A DNA stretch of 39,237 bases from Candidatus Omnitrophota bacterium (lineage in GTDB: Bacteria > Omnitrophota > Gorgyraeia > Duberdicusellales > Duberdicusellaceae): the NCBI GenBank assembly GCA_003644445.1, contig QNCG01000002.1:1-39237 (forward strand), read 5' to 3'. Within the stretch, counting starts at the first letter, position 1. Each line of letters starts with the position of its first letter. This document shows, in pieces, positions 1 to 8,539 of the stretch. Position numbers and translations under genes: made by a program. The notes beneath the pieces are model-generated. The model was not told the DNA's origin. It worked only from the letters and a program-made list of their open reading frames with translations, and ran no database searches.

Positions 1-92
1 AAAAACCTCAGGAGTAATTCCCTTCTGGTAAAAATAATTAAAACTATTTCTAAAGATAACTGCTGTGAAATCTTTCCTGTAATCTTCCCCAA
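1..92. repeat. Direct repeat copy A (partner at 12888..12979)
   Basis: Hand alignment: 1..76 is identical to 12888..12963. The next ~23 nt are about 70% identical, then similarity is lost. The repeat may extend left of the window. Confidence 0.9.
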
Positions 93-138
93 GAAAGAGA
101 ACCTCTTTTCTCTTCAATCTTAAAGGGACTTTCTTACT
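1..138 (-). pseudogene. Orphan 3'-terminal fragment (second half of the OB-fold tail) of a thermonuclease-like gene; runs off the left edge
   Basis: The minus-strand frame reads SKKVPLRLKRKEVLFLGEDYRKDFTAVIFRNSFNYFYQKGITPEVF. This matches aa ~190-226 of the nuclease CDS at 12789..13565. An in-frame TAG lies at 139..141 and there is no ATG, so no nuclease domain is attached. Confidence 0.55.
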
Positions 139-582
139 CTAATTTAACTCAGAGCTACTTTCTCAACTCTGTAAGCCGGCTCCTAAAACCTTTAGGGATA
201 ATTCTCCCTTTTTTAAGTCCTGTGACTCTTCTGGCTCTTCCGGAATTCTTGTTAAACTCTCTTTCAGATAGGCCGGCAAACTTCTCAGTGTTTATGCATT
301 ACAATATTATTACCTCCTGCTTTCTCTTAATTGGAACGAGCCAAGGGATGGAGAAGTTAAGTAAATCTAAGATATTAAAAACACTCAACTTCAGAAATGG
401 CATTTTGGAGGTTTTGCTTTCTCTTTTTGCCTTTTCTCTAATAATTCTTCATTCCTATCTCTGGGTAGGAATCTTAAAGTGTAGGTAGGAACTCTCAAAA
501 ATAAGAAGAAGTTTTTTAAGATTAAAGAGGCTTAAACTTTATTATCAGCTTTTCTTCTCAGAAGAATTATTCAACCTAAAAA

Positions 583-1755
583 TTAGATTTCCTGCCAGCG
601 TCTTAAATCAGCTATATAAGCCATAAAAGGAATCTGAGGATTATTATATAAACGTTGGTCATAGGTATAGTTTCTATGTCTATAAGCATTCAAATCAATA
701 ACAGTCCTTTCTCCTTCTCTACCCCGCACAGAGATTGCTCCATGAAAATCAAGGGTATCCTTGGAACCCTTCCTTCCCTCTGCTTTAACTGTACCTCCAT
801 CAGCTAAAAGAAAACCTTCTACAGTAAGAGAATCTGGAGCTTGATTAGCAATAATAACATCATTACCAGCAAACAGCCCTATCTGGATGCCAGAGTTTTT
901 ATACTCTATATTCCCAGTAATTATAATATTGCCACTAGCCACAATGAGTGTAGAGCCCTGGACATCTCCCTCAATATATACATCTCCCTCCACATAGACA
1001 AGGCCGTTTGAAGTGCCTAAGTTTTGCAAACTAATATCTCCGGCAATAGTAAAATCTCCCTGAATATACCTTCCTCCACTCTGAGCTAACGTCTTATAAC
1101 GCTGCAAGTCCACTCCCACAAAGGTTATAGGCTGACCTTTATACACATCTCCTTGGATAGTTATATTAGGGGTAGCTTGGGGATTTTGAGGGTCATAGCC
1201 TGTAAGATTCCTTAGATATATTACATCCCCGTTTACAGTTATTGTTCCTTGGCCAGGCTCAAAGCCAATATCTCTAGCTAATACGCTTGAGCCGATATCT
1301 GCTCCTTTTCCAATCCTCAAATCTCCCAAGGTAAAGATAAAAAAGAAGGTAGGGCTCTGAGTTATTGCTTCAGCAGAAATCTGCCGAGTTATCCTTCTGT
1401 TTGCATTTCTGCCTGTCCCTATTAAAGGAACTATTATCCAACTTCCTTGAGTATAACTATCATCTACACCATCCCCATCCACATCACCTACAGCAACATC
1501 ATAATAGCCCAGAGTATTTCCCTGAGAAGAAGTTAAAGACTGGTTAGTAAATCCTGCTCGCCATCCTATATCTCTTCTTAACTCAGCTAAGCTCAACTCT
1601 AAACCAGTCTCAGCAGCATAAAAGGCATAGAGAAAATTTATCCTATCCTGGACTAACCTCATCTGCATTTGAGAGCGTAATAGAGAAATACCTATAAATA
1701 TCCCTAAAAAAATCATAAGAAATACACTGGCTAAAAGAATAAAACTCTTCTTCAT
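583..1755 (-). CDS. PilX-like minor pseudopilin with a C-terminal beta-helix-like repeat domain
   Basis: An N-terminal single TM (ILLASVFLMIFLGIFIGISLL) is followed by AFYAAETGLE, the PilX_N-type signature. The C-terminal two thirds is full of short G-D/N-[VI]-x-[VI] repeats (GDVIYL, GDFTIAGDISL, GDVYIEGDVQG, GNIIITGNIEY, GNDVIIAN). The ATG lies 2 nt after the upstream stop. Confidence 0.7.
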   Translation of the reverse strand: MKKSFILLASVFLMIFLGIFIGISLLRSQMQMRLVQDRINFLYAFYAAETGLELSLAELRRDIGWRAGFTNQSLTSSQGNTLGYYDVAVGDVDGDGVDDSYTQGSWIIVPLIGTGRNANRRITRQISAEAITQSPTFFFIFTLGDLRIGKGADIGSSVLARDIGFEPGQGTITVNGDVIYLRNLTGYDPQNPQATPNITIQGDVYKGQPITFVGVDLQRYKTLAQSGGRYIQGDFTIAGDISLQNLGTSNGLVYVEGDVYIEGDVQGSTLIVASGNIIITGNIEYKNSGIQIGLFAGNDVIIANQAPDSLTVEGFLLADGGTVKAEGRKGSKDTLDFHGAISVRGREGERTVIDLNAYRHRNYTYDQRLYNNPQIPFMAYIADLRRWQEI

Positions 1756-1757
1756 CT

Positions 1758-2237
1758 TTAATTTCTCATTAATAGTTGTTGAGTATTACTAAAAATTACT
1801 CTTCTTCCTCCTATAACATCCTGGAAGAGGGCAAGCTGAAAAAATAGAGAACCGCTATCTATTTGAAAAAAAGAATTCGCTGAGTCTAAGTTCTCCGATA
1901 AAATATAATTCACACCTCCTTCTGTTCTTACTAACTGATTATTATTTATCTGATAAATTACCTGGCTCCTTCCTAAGAAAGCAGGATAAAAGATAGTAAG
2001 GTTTCCGCTCTGAGTGAGTCCTGTTCCTAAACTAAAACTGGAAGAAGGCAAGAGGTCTCTAGACAACTGCCTAAAAATCTCTTCAGACTGCTGATGAAGC
2101 TCAATCCTAGTAAGTTCAATCTCATAAGAAAGCCAATTAAGAAAGAGAAGGCCGTAGAAGAGAGCTATCCCTGCTCCAATAATTATCAAAACGACAATAA
2201 CTTCCGGAAGAGTAAAAGAATTTATCTTAAGTCTCAC
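1758..2237 (-). CDS. Pseudopilin (PulJ/PilW-like) with a degenerate prepilin signal
   Basis: MRLKINS-FTLPEVIVVLIIIGAGIALF has the class III signal pattern FTLxE plus a hydrophobic helix, but Ser rather than Gly at -1. The GTG start overlaps the upstream TAG by 1 nt. Confidence 0.7.
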   Translation of the reverse strand: MRLKINSFTLPEVIVVLIIIGAGIALFYGLLFLNWLSYEIELTRIELHQQSEEIFRQLSRDLLPSSSFSLGTGLTQSGNLTIFYPAFLGRSQVIYQINNNQLVRTEGGVNYILSENLDSANSFFQIDSGSLFFQLALFQDVIGGRRVIFSNTQQLLMRN

Positions 2238-4441
2238 TACATCTGACCCTTTTTAGTAAGGTGGATATCTCCTAAATCTAACTCTTGATTAGCCTTAAGA
2301 GTAAAGGGCTCCAGAATAACTGGCTCATACTCCTCAGTATGGGTTACTGCTATCAAATGCTTCCTTTCATTAGTCTGATAATAGGTATCATCAATTCCTT
2401 CAGGAGGCCAGGTCTCTATAACATGAGAAAACACAAAATCCCCTTCTCCATCGGTGTTAGTAACATAATTATAATGCCACTGAGTAAGAGAGTCGTATTT
2501 GTTGCCTGCATTATCATTATATACATCCAGCCATACTTCTGCTCCTTCTATAGGCTCATCATTAGCAACATCAAGAACTCTTCCTTTAATAGTGCCATAG
2601 CCTCGAGGATAGAGTCTAATAGTCTCATAGGTTGCAACCTCATTTTGCTGAATGTTTACCTCAGGCCTGTCCTTATAAGGCCAGTCTCCATCACTCTCAA
2701 AGGTATAATAGCCAGATTTCTCTGCTCTAACCCCATGAGAACCAATAGGTATGCTACAACCTTCTTCTTCAGGAAGACACTCTATCTTATAATACCCCAA
2801 ATCATTACTACTACTCTCTCTTCCACCTATCTCAACCCTTACTCCTTCTAAATAAAAATTTTCCTTTTCATCTTTTACATGCCCTTGAACATCTCCACAT
2901 TGGTCATCAGGAGGATAAGGGATGATAAAGTCTTGCTGAAGACTATCTCCCTGAAAAAGAGGCCCTACGCTTACCCAACCACTCTCTCTCCAGGCTGTCC
3001 CTCCTTGATTACAACAAGTCTGTTTAGGCATTCTTCTTCCTGCTGTCATTCTAATATAATAATTAGAAGTATCAGGAAAAAGCTCCTGAGCTGCAGGAAC
3101 AGAAACTTGATAATAACCATTATTATCGGTAGAACCTGCAGGATAAGGATACCATCTGGCGTTATCATGCCATCTTATATATATCTTAGCTCCAGAAAGA
3201 GGAGCATCTGTGCTATCACGAACATAACCAGAGATAGTAGCTAAAGGAACCTCGACCAAGACAATGTCTCCTAAATCCAAATTATCTCCAGGGTTAACAC
3301 AGAGTCTATCGGTAATGGCTGAGCCAATCCAAGGGTTATCACAAACAACAGAGCCATCTTCTCGGACTACTGCTGAAGACCAGCCCCGGTAATTATAGCT
3401 CTTTCCCCAACCCTGAGGGTCACAGAAATCACCGCAGTGCTGGTTATAACGGTAAGGATAACTCCAAGAACTACTTGTGCTACTGGTCACTAAGGTAAAA
3501 CACCTCGGCTGAGGGTCTTCAAAGTCAATCTTAAAATTAAAACTTCTTGGGCTATGCCACCACATATGGTCTCGGGCTACATAGCTTCCTTTTTCGTATA
3601 AAGAAACATACTGATATAAAGGCTTATCCTGGGGGTCTACAATCCTTCCTTTTATATGAGCAGGGGCAGGCTTGGGGTCTAAATAAATAGGAGGAAGAAT
3701 CACCTCCTCACCTTCAGGAACCCAAACAATATGGGCAGGGCTAGGATTATAATCCTGATATCCTTGAGCAGTTACGATAATCTGCCAGTTACCTGGAGAA
3801 AGTCTAAAAGCACCTGTATCAGGGTCAGAAAAGTCAAAGTTACATCCATCAGCATCTGGGCTACTCCTACTATAAATCACTGCCCTAACTCCTCCTGGGT
3901 CCTGAAAGATAAGGGTAATCTCAGCATTATTTATAAAGGCTTCGGTGTTTCTATCTTTTACTGAGCCTTTAATATTTCCCGGAAGAGGGGGTTGGGGCCG
4001 AGCAAGAAAAAAAACATTCCTAACCTCATTAAAGCCTTCACCTCTTCTTCTTGGCCACTGGACTGCTATCTCTATACGCTTAAGCTCAGTGGTAGTCCCA
4101 GCAGTAGAAACAGAAATCATCCGGGTAAAGAAATTCGAAGGATATTGAGAAGGGAGATAATTAGGTGTCAACCCAGTTGAACCCACTGGTATCCACTGAT
4201 TATTCTGAATCCAAGGCTCTGTCTCTAAGGTACTAAATACTCTATCTCCTCCTTCTCTTACTACTGCTCTTATTCTCTCAAAGTAATTAGTTAAAATATT
4301 CATAGCAGTAAACCTCTCCTGAGAATCAAGCTCAACTTGAGAAAGGATAGAGAAAGAAAAATAACTTCCTATGCCTATAAGGGCGAGGATAAGGATGCTT
4401 ACAATAACTTCAACTAAGGTAAAAGCTCTCTTCTCACCCAT
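2237..4441 (-). CDS. Giant (734 aa) pseudopilin: prepilin-type N-terminus plus about five CarboxypepD_reg-like beta-sandwich repeats; Cys-rich
   Basis: MGEKRA-FTLVEVIVSILILALIGIG is a prepilin-type N-terminus with Ala at -1. The motif [IV]xGxVxD..(P)[IL].GA.[IV] ... T[DN]..G.[YF] recurs five times (IKGSVKDRNTEAFINNAEI, IKGRIVDPQDKPL, ISGYVRDSTDAPLSGAKIYI..TDNNGYYQVSV, VQGHVKDEKENFYLEGVRVEI..NDLGYYKIE, IKGRVLDVANDEPIEGAEVWL..TDGEGDFVFS). It has more than 12 Cys. Confidence 0.8.
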   Translation of the reverse strand: MGEKRAFTLVEVIVSILILALIGIGSYFSFSILSQVELDSQERFTAMNILTNYFERIRAVVREGGDRVFSTLETEPWIQNNQWIPVGSTGLTPNYLPSQYPSNFFTRMISVSTAGTTTELKRIEIAVQWPRRRGEGFNEVRNVFFLARPQPPLPGNIKGSVKDRNTEAFINNAEITLIFQDPGGVRAVIYSRSSPDADGCNFDFSDPDTGAFRLSPGNWQIIVTAQGYQDYNPSPAHIVWVPEGEEVILPPIYLDPKPAPAHIKGRIVDPQDKPLYQYVSLYEKGSYVARDHMWWHSPRSFNFKIDFEDPQPRCFTLVTSSTSSSWSYPYRYNQHCGDFCDPQGWGKSYNYRGWSSAVVREDGSVVCDNPWIGSAITDRLCVNPGDNLDLGDIVLVEVPLATISGYVRDSTDAPLSGAKIYIRWHDNARWYPYPAGSTDNNGYYQVSVPAAQELFPDTSNYYIRMTAGRRMPKQTCCNQGGTAWRESGWVSVGPLFQGDSLQQDFIIPYPPDDQCGDVQGHVKDEKENFYLEGVRVEIGGRESSSNDLGYYKIECLPEEEGCSIPIGSHGVRAEKSGYYTFESDGDWPYKDRPEVNIQQNEVATYETIRLYPRGYGTIKGRVLDVANDEPIEGAEVWLDVYNDNAGNKYDSLTQWHYNYVTNTDGEGDFVFSHVIETWPPEGIDDTYYQTNERKHLIAVTHTEEYEPVILEPFTLKANQELDLGDIHLTKKGQM

Positions 4442-4472
4442 AGAAAAACCTTCGCCTCCCTTTAACCTTTAA

Positions 4473-4502
4473 ATTATAACATTATTTATATCACTCGGGC
4501 AA
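4473..4502 (-). promoter_or_regulatory. Possible internal sigma70-type promoter for the three pseudopilin genes
   Basis: The minus strand reads TTGCCC (4502..4497), N18, TATAAT (4478..4473), inside the 125-nt gap after the secretin gene. GGGAGG/GAAGG lies upstream of the ATG at 4441. Confidence 0.3.
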
Positions 4503-4566
4503 TAACCAACAAACTCTAAAGGAAACTTTAGGAAAACGCTTACAAAAAAGGAGAAGAAATCTAAAC

Positions 4567-5985
4567 TTATCTTACTATTTGAGGAGTTACGCTAATAATT
4601 ATCTCTTTGTCATCAGAAGTGGTCTTCTCGTATTTAAAAAGATTACCAAATATAGGAACCTGAGAAAGTAAAGGGACTTTATAGATATTCTTCTTATCTT
4701 CTTGACTGATTAAGCCTCCTAAAATAAAAGGCTGACTATCCCTTACTCTTACATAGGCTGTAGCCTCCCTTGTTCGTATCCAAGGATATTGGTCTTCAGG
4801 GCCTCGCCAAGTATAGATGTAACTTACCTCTGGCTCAATCTTAACTACCACAAAATCTTCCTCAATAATAGAAGGAGTAATCTTTAACCTTATTCCTGCC
4901 TCAGCAAATCTTACCTCAGTATTAGCTACCCCCCCAGTAACCGTAGTAATAGTATAAGGAACTTTGTCTCCAATAAATATCTCAGCCTCCTTCTCATTCA
5001 TAGTAGTTATCCGAGGGTTAGACAAAACCTTAGCTTTATTTTCAGTCTCAAGCATCTTTATTATAGTATTAAATTGGATAGGGGTCCTCTCAAACTTAAA
5101 TATTTTCAAAAGAGGGCCTGAGGAGGAAGGTATAGTATCTTCTCCTATATCTCCCAAGGGCCTCTTTGTCTCTTGAAAAGATAAGGTAATAGCATCTGAC
5201 CAGTCAATTCCCAGTTCTCTTAAGGCGTCTGCATCTATCTCCAAAACCTGGGTAGCTAATAAAACCTGGGGCTGAGGAATATCCAACTTAGCAATAATTT
5301 TCTCTGCTTCTTCAATTTGAGAAGGAGTCCCTATAATAACCAAAGAATTCATCTCCTTATTTGAAGTTACTGACTCTACAATATTTTTAAGAAGATCTGC
5401 TACGCTCTCAGCTCTTACGTTCTCTAATTTAATCACCTTATTAGTCAAAGCTCTCTGAACTATCTTCTCTTTGGTAGCAATAAAAAGAGAATTGCCTATC
5501 TTTGCTGAACCCAAACCATAAGCATTAAATATAAGCTCTAAAGCCTCATCGATAGTAACATTCTTAACATGTAAGTCTATCTTTTTGCCTTTAAGAGAGG
5601 GGTCAACTACTATATTAAAGCCTCCTCCTTCTCCAATTACCCTTAGAACATCTTCAATATTAGCCTGAGTAAAATCTAAATCTATCCTTTTTATAACTTC
5701 TTTAGGTTCCTCCTCTTTTTTTACTTCACCCTGAGGTTCAGAGGCTGATGGAGGCATCTTAGCTTGAGACGAACTCTGGGAGGAAACTGTTTTCGTAGGA
5801 GGAACGAACTTCTTAGCCGGAGCAAGACCAAGCTCCTCCTCTAATCTCTCTTCTACTTTCTTCTTACCTAAAATCTCTTCTTTAAATTCGTCAGTATTAG
5901 GGAAGGACTCTAAAGTTTTAGCATAAAGAGTAGAAAGGATAAAAATCAAACTCACTAACCAACAATAAATACTAATTTTTTTCAT
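4567..5985 (-). CDS. pilQ: Secretin (PilQ/GspD family), copy 1
   Basis: It has a signal peptide and a low-complexity S/P/E/K linker. The C-terminal secretin domain reads VLSNPRITTMNEKEAEIFIGDKVPY ... GGLISQEDKKNIYKVPLLSQVPIFGNLFKYEKT. Confidence 0.9.
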   Translation of the reverse strand: MKKISIYCWLVSLIFILSTLYAKTLESFPNTDEFKEEILGKKKVEERLEEELGLAPAKKFVPPTKTVSSQSSSQAKMPPSASEPQGEVKKEEEPKEVIKRIDLDFTQANIEDVLRVIGEGGGFNIVVDPSLKGKKIDLHVKNVTIDEALELIFNAYGLGSAKIGNSLFIATKEKIVQRALTNKVIKLENVRAESVADLLKNIVESVTSNKEMNSLVIIGTPSQIEEAEKIIAKLDIPQPQVLLATQVLEIDADALRELGIDWSDAITLSFQETKRPLGDIGEDTIPSSSGPLLKIFKFERTPIQFNTIIKMLETENKAKVLSNPRITTMNEKEAEIFIGDKVPYTITTVTGGVANTEVRFAEAGIRLKITPSIIEEDFVVVKIEPEVSYIYTWRGPEDQYPWIRTREATAYVRVRDSQPFILGGLISQEDKKNIYKVPLLSQVPIFGNLFKYEKTTSDDKEIIISVTPQIVR

Positions 5986-6434
5986 TTTTTTACCTCCATC
6001 TTCAGGATTATTTCCTTGCCTCCTCTATCTAAAATGACCTTATCTTTATCTATCTTCTCTACTTCAGCCTTTCCAATCTTATCTTTTACTCTGACTATAT
6101 ATGTCTGCTGAGGAGCTTTGATTAAGGCTAAGGGAGTGGTTGAGAAAAATATTCCTACCAACTTCAAATCTAACTCCTCCTCAATAGCTATCTCTTCAGC
6201 CTCAAAAAATTTCCCTATTAGGGGCCTGAAAGGGTCTCTTTCTAAGGAAATCTCTACTGGCTCTGACCAAATAATTGCCTCAGCCAAATTTAAATCTTGA
6301 ATAGCTGGAGTCTCCTTCTTTTTAGGAAAAAGAAAAGCCAGTTTCTTTTTTGAGAAAGGAAAAAACCTTCCGATATCCTTACATCCGGAAAAAGTAAGCA
6401 AAATCACCAAAAAATATACCAGCCTCTTTCTCAT
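5982..6434 (-). CDS. pilP: PilP-like lipoprotein, copy 1
   Basis: It has the lipobox LTFSGC and the RDPFRPL motif typical of PilP. It overlaps the secretin gene by 4 nt (ATGA). The C-terminus GKEIILKME is shared with the paralogue at 35579..35941. Confidence 0.75.
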   Translation of the reverse strand: MRKRLVYFLVILLTFSGCKDIGRFFPFSKKKLAFLFPKKKETPAIQDLNLAEAIIWSEPVEISLERDPFRPLIGKFFEAEEIAIEEELDLKLVGIFFSTTPLALIKAPQQTYIVRVKDKIGKAEVEKIDKDKVILDRGGKEIILKMEVKK

Positions 6435-6447
6435 CTCTCTTTGGCTT

Positions 6448-7029
6448 CTAAAGTCTTAAACTGTAAAGGTTCAAAGAAAAACTACACTCTAAGAGAGGGT
6501 ATTTTCTTGTCTTTATCTTAACCTCGGTTAAACTTAGAAGTTGTCTATATCTTTCTAAGGCTAATAAGAAATCTACTAAATTAGCAAACTTTCCCTCCAC
6601 CCTCAGGCTTAGAGGGGTAAACAACAAAGTAGGCTTCTCTTTTTCCTGAGTTTTTTTTGTCATTCCTCTCCGGGAAATCTCCTCTTCTGCTTCTACTCTC
6701 CGGGTAGGTTGAGTTTTTATATCCCTAATCTTTATATTAAATCTCTTAGAAAGAGCAGAAACTCCTTCTAAGAAAAGAGGGATATCTTTATCTTTAAAGA
6801 GGATACCTTCAAAATGCTGTTTGTCTTTCTTATATTTAGCTAAAAGCTCATCTAAGTTTTCTAACTCTTCTGCCAGGGCTTTAACCTTCTGTCTATGGAG
6901 GGAAAGTTTTTTTATTGAATCCTGATATTTAGCAAAGAAAAAATAGACTACTCCTAAACCAGCTAAAGTAAATATAATACACACCCCCCCTGCTAATATT
7001 TTGAATTTCTTGCTCGAATATTTATTCAT
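6448..7029 (-). CDS. pilO: PilO-like bitopic protein, copy 1
   Basis: It has one N-terminal TM, then a coiled-coil segment (KKLSLHRQKVKALAEELENLDELLAKYKK). It sits between the pilMN and pilP genes and overlaps the upstream gene by 4 nt. Confidence 0.65.
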   Translation of the reverse strand: MNKYSSKKFKILAGGVCIIFTLAGLGVVYFFFAKYQDSIKKLSLHRQKVKALAEELENLDELLAKYKKDKQHFEGILFKDKDIPLFLEGVSALSKRFNIKIRDIKTQPTRRVEAEEEISRRGMTKKTQEKEKPTLLFTPLSLRVEGKFANLVDFLLALERYRQLLSLTEVKIKTRKYPLLECSFSLNLYSLRL

Positions 7030-8513
7030 TTATTATTTAGGGTTATTTCCGATTTTAAACTTAGACTTGCTTCTATCCCAAACTCTTTAATATCTTTATC
7101 TTCTATCTTTCTTTCTCTTACAAAATTAAACTTAACATTTCTTAATAACTCTATATTCTTTAAAGACCTTATAAGAGAAGCTACAGAGTCTAAACTAAGA
7201 CTGTAGCCTTCCAGTTTAATTAAGCTTGCCTTCTCTGCCCTGAAAGATTTAAGCCATACTTCTTTAGGAAGTGCTTTCCCAATTTCTAAAAAAACTTTGG
7301 ACCAAGAGACCCTATTTAACTTAGAGATAAAATTTGCCTGCTTTAGAATCTCATCTCTTAAGGTTAAGTACTTCTCCTTCTCCATCTTAAGAGCCTGTGT
7401 CCTTCGCCGAAGAAAGTTTACCTTCTGAGAGAGCTTCTTTATCTTTCTCTTCAGGTTTTTTTCAGAATTTATAAAGTAAAAGCTTAACATACCAACCAAA
7501 ACTCCTATAAACACTATATAAGTTATAGAAGAAATTAACACTTTCCGCAAAAATTCAGGGGTCTTTTCTCTACTCCAAATTCTTTCCAAGTCAAACTCAT
7601 GCTTTATCCCAAAGGTTCTCAAGCTGGTAGCAATTAGAGAAAGATATTTATAATTAAACTTCTCCCTCTCAGCCTCCTTAAAGAACTTTATCTTACAAGG
7701 AAGTCTGAGCTCAGATACTTCCCTTCCTGAATAGGAGCTGAAAACTTTATCTAAATCTTTAACTTTCTGGTTATCCCAGATAAGAAATATGTCCTTAACT
7801 ATCTTCCGGGTGGCAGTTTCATAAAACTTAAAGGCTCTTTTAACTTCTTCTGCCCAGACTTTGAAGGAGGCCTGATTAATACCTCCTTCCTTCTGACAGA
7901 TATCTTCTAACCCCGAATTAGCAACATAAATTATACTTAACTCTTCTTTCTCAAAAACAAGAACATAGCTTAGGCTATTCTCTACCAGAATTAAGCCTCT
8001 TGGTTCTGACTGGGGCTGGCTATAAAACAGGTTTAAAATGTTTAAAGGCACAATATCAAAACCCAAAACATTAGCTCTACATTCTCTTAAAGCCTGAAGA
8101 GAAAAATCAAAAAAATCTCTGGAAAAGGCAAGATATAAAACTCTCACTTTCTTTTTATCTTCCGTAGAATAAACATTGTAAGTGTAAAGATAATTTCCCT
8201 GAGAAAAATAAGGGAGTTTTTCTATCTCATTTATTACTATCTGGTTAATCTCTGAAGAAGGTACAGGGGGTAGGACTAATTCTTGAAAGATAGCATCTTT
8301 ATCCCAGAAAGAAAGATAGAGATTTTTTAGAGAAATACCTTTTTTACGGAAAAATTCTTTAATAAGAAAAGCAAAGGCTTTTGTATCTTTATTTTTAAAG
8401 ATATCCTCAGGGATAGTAAGTGTATCCAGCTGGAAGATTAAGAGAGTATTGGCTCTCTTCTCCAGCCGGGCACACCTTAATTCTCTGGGGCCAATCTCTA
8501 AGCAGACTTTCAT
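7026..8513 (-). CDS. PilM-PilN fusion protein (actin-like ATPase fold, TM, PilN-like periplasmic part)
   Basis: The ~320-aa N-terminal part resembles PilM. It is followed by a single TM (VLISSITYIVFIGVLVGMLSFYF), a coiled coil, and a ~130-aa domain in the position of PilN. No separate pilN exists in this operon. Confidence 0.8.
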   Translation of the reverse strand: MKVCLEIGPRELRCARLEKRANTLLIFQLDTLTIPEDIFKNKDTKAFAFLIKEFFRKKGISLKNLYLSFWDKDAIFQELVLPPVPSSEINQIVINEIEKLPYFSQGNYLYTYNVYSTEDKKKVRVLYLAFSRDFFDFSLQALRECRANVLGFDIVPLNILNLFYSQPQSEPRGLILVENSLSYVLVFEKEELSIIYVANSGLEDICQKEGGINQASFKVWAEEVKRAFKFYETATRKIVKDIFLIWDNQKVKDLDKVFSSYSGREVSELRLPCKIKFFKEAEREKFNYKYLSLIATSLRTFGIKHEFDLERIWSREKTPEFLRKVLISSITYIVFIGVLVGMLSFYFINSEKNLKRKIKKLSQKVNFLRRRTQALKMEKEKYLTLRDEILKQANFISKLNRVSWSKVFLEIGKALPKEVWLKSFRAEKASLIKLEGYSLSLDSVASLIRSLKNIELLRNVKFNFVRERKIEDKDIKEFGIEASLSLKSEITLNNK

Positions 8514-8539
8514 AAAATTAGAATAAGTATACGCGAGAA

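Noticed and set aside
222-488. An 88-aa plus-strand ORF, the only plus-strand ORF not inside a minus-strand gene
   Set aside because: It has a GTG start without an SD, a low-complexity hydrophobic composition and no recognisable motif. The region is open in several frames, and everything else in 39 kb is on the other strand. I treat it as non-coding.
553-567. The hairpin TTCTTC-TCA-GAAGAA after the PilX-like gene as an operon terminator
   Set aside because: The stem is 6 bp and A/T-rich with a 3-nt loop and no following U-tract on the transcribed strand. That is too weak to call.
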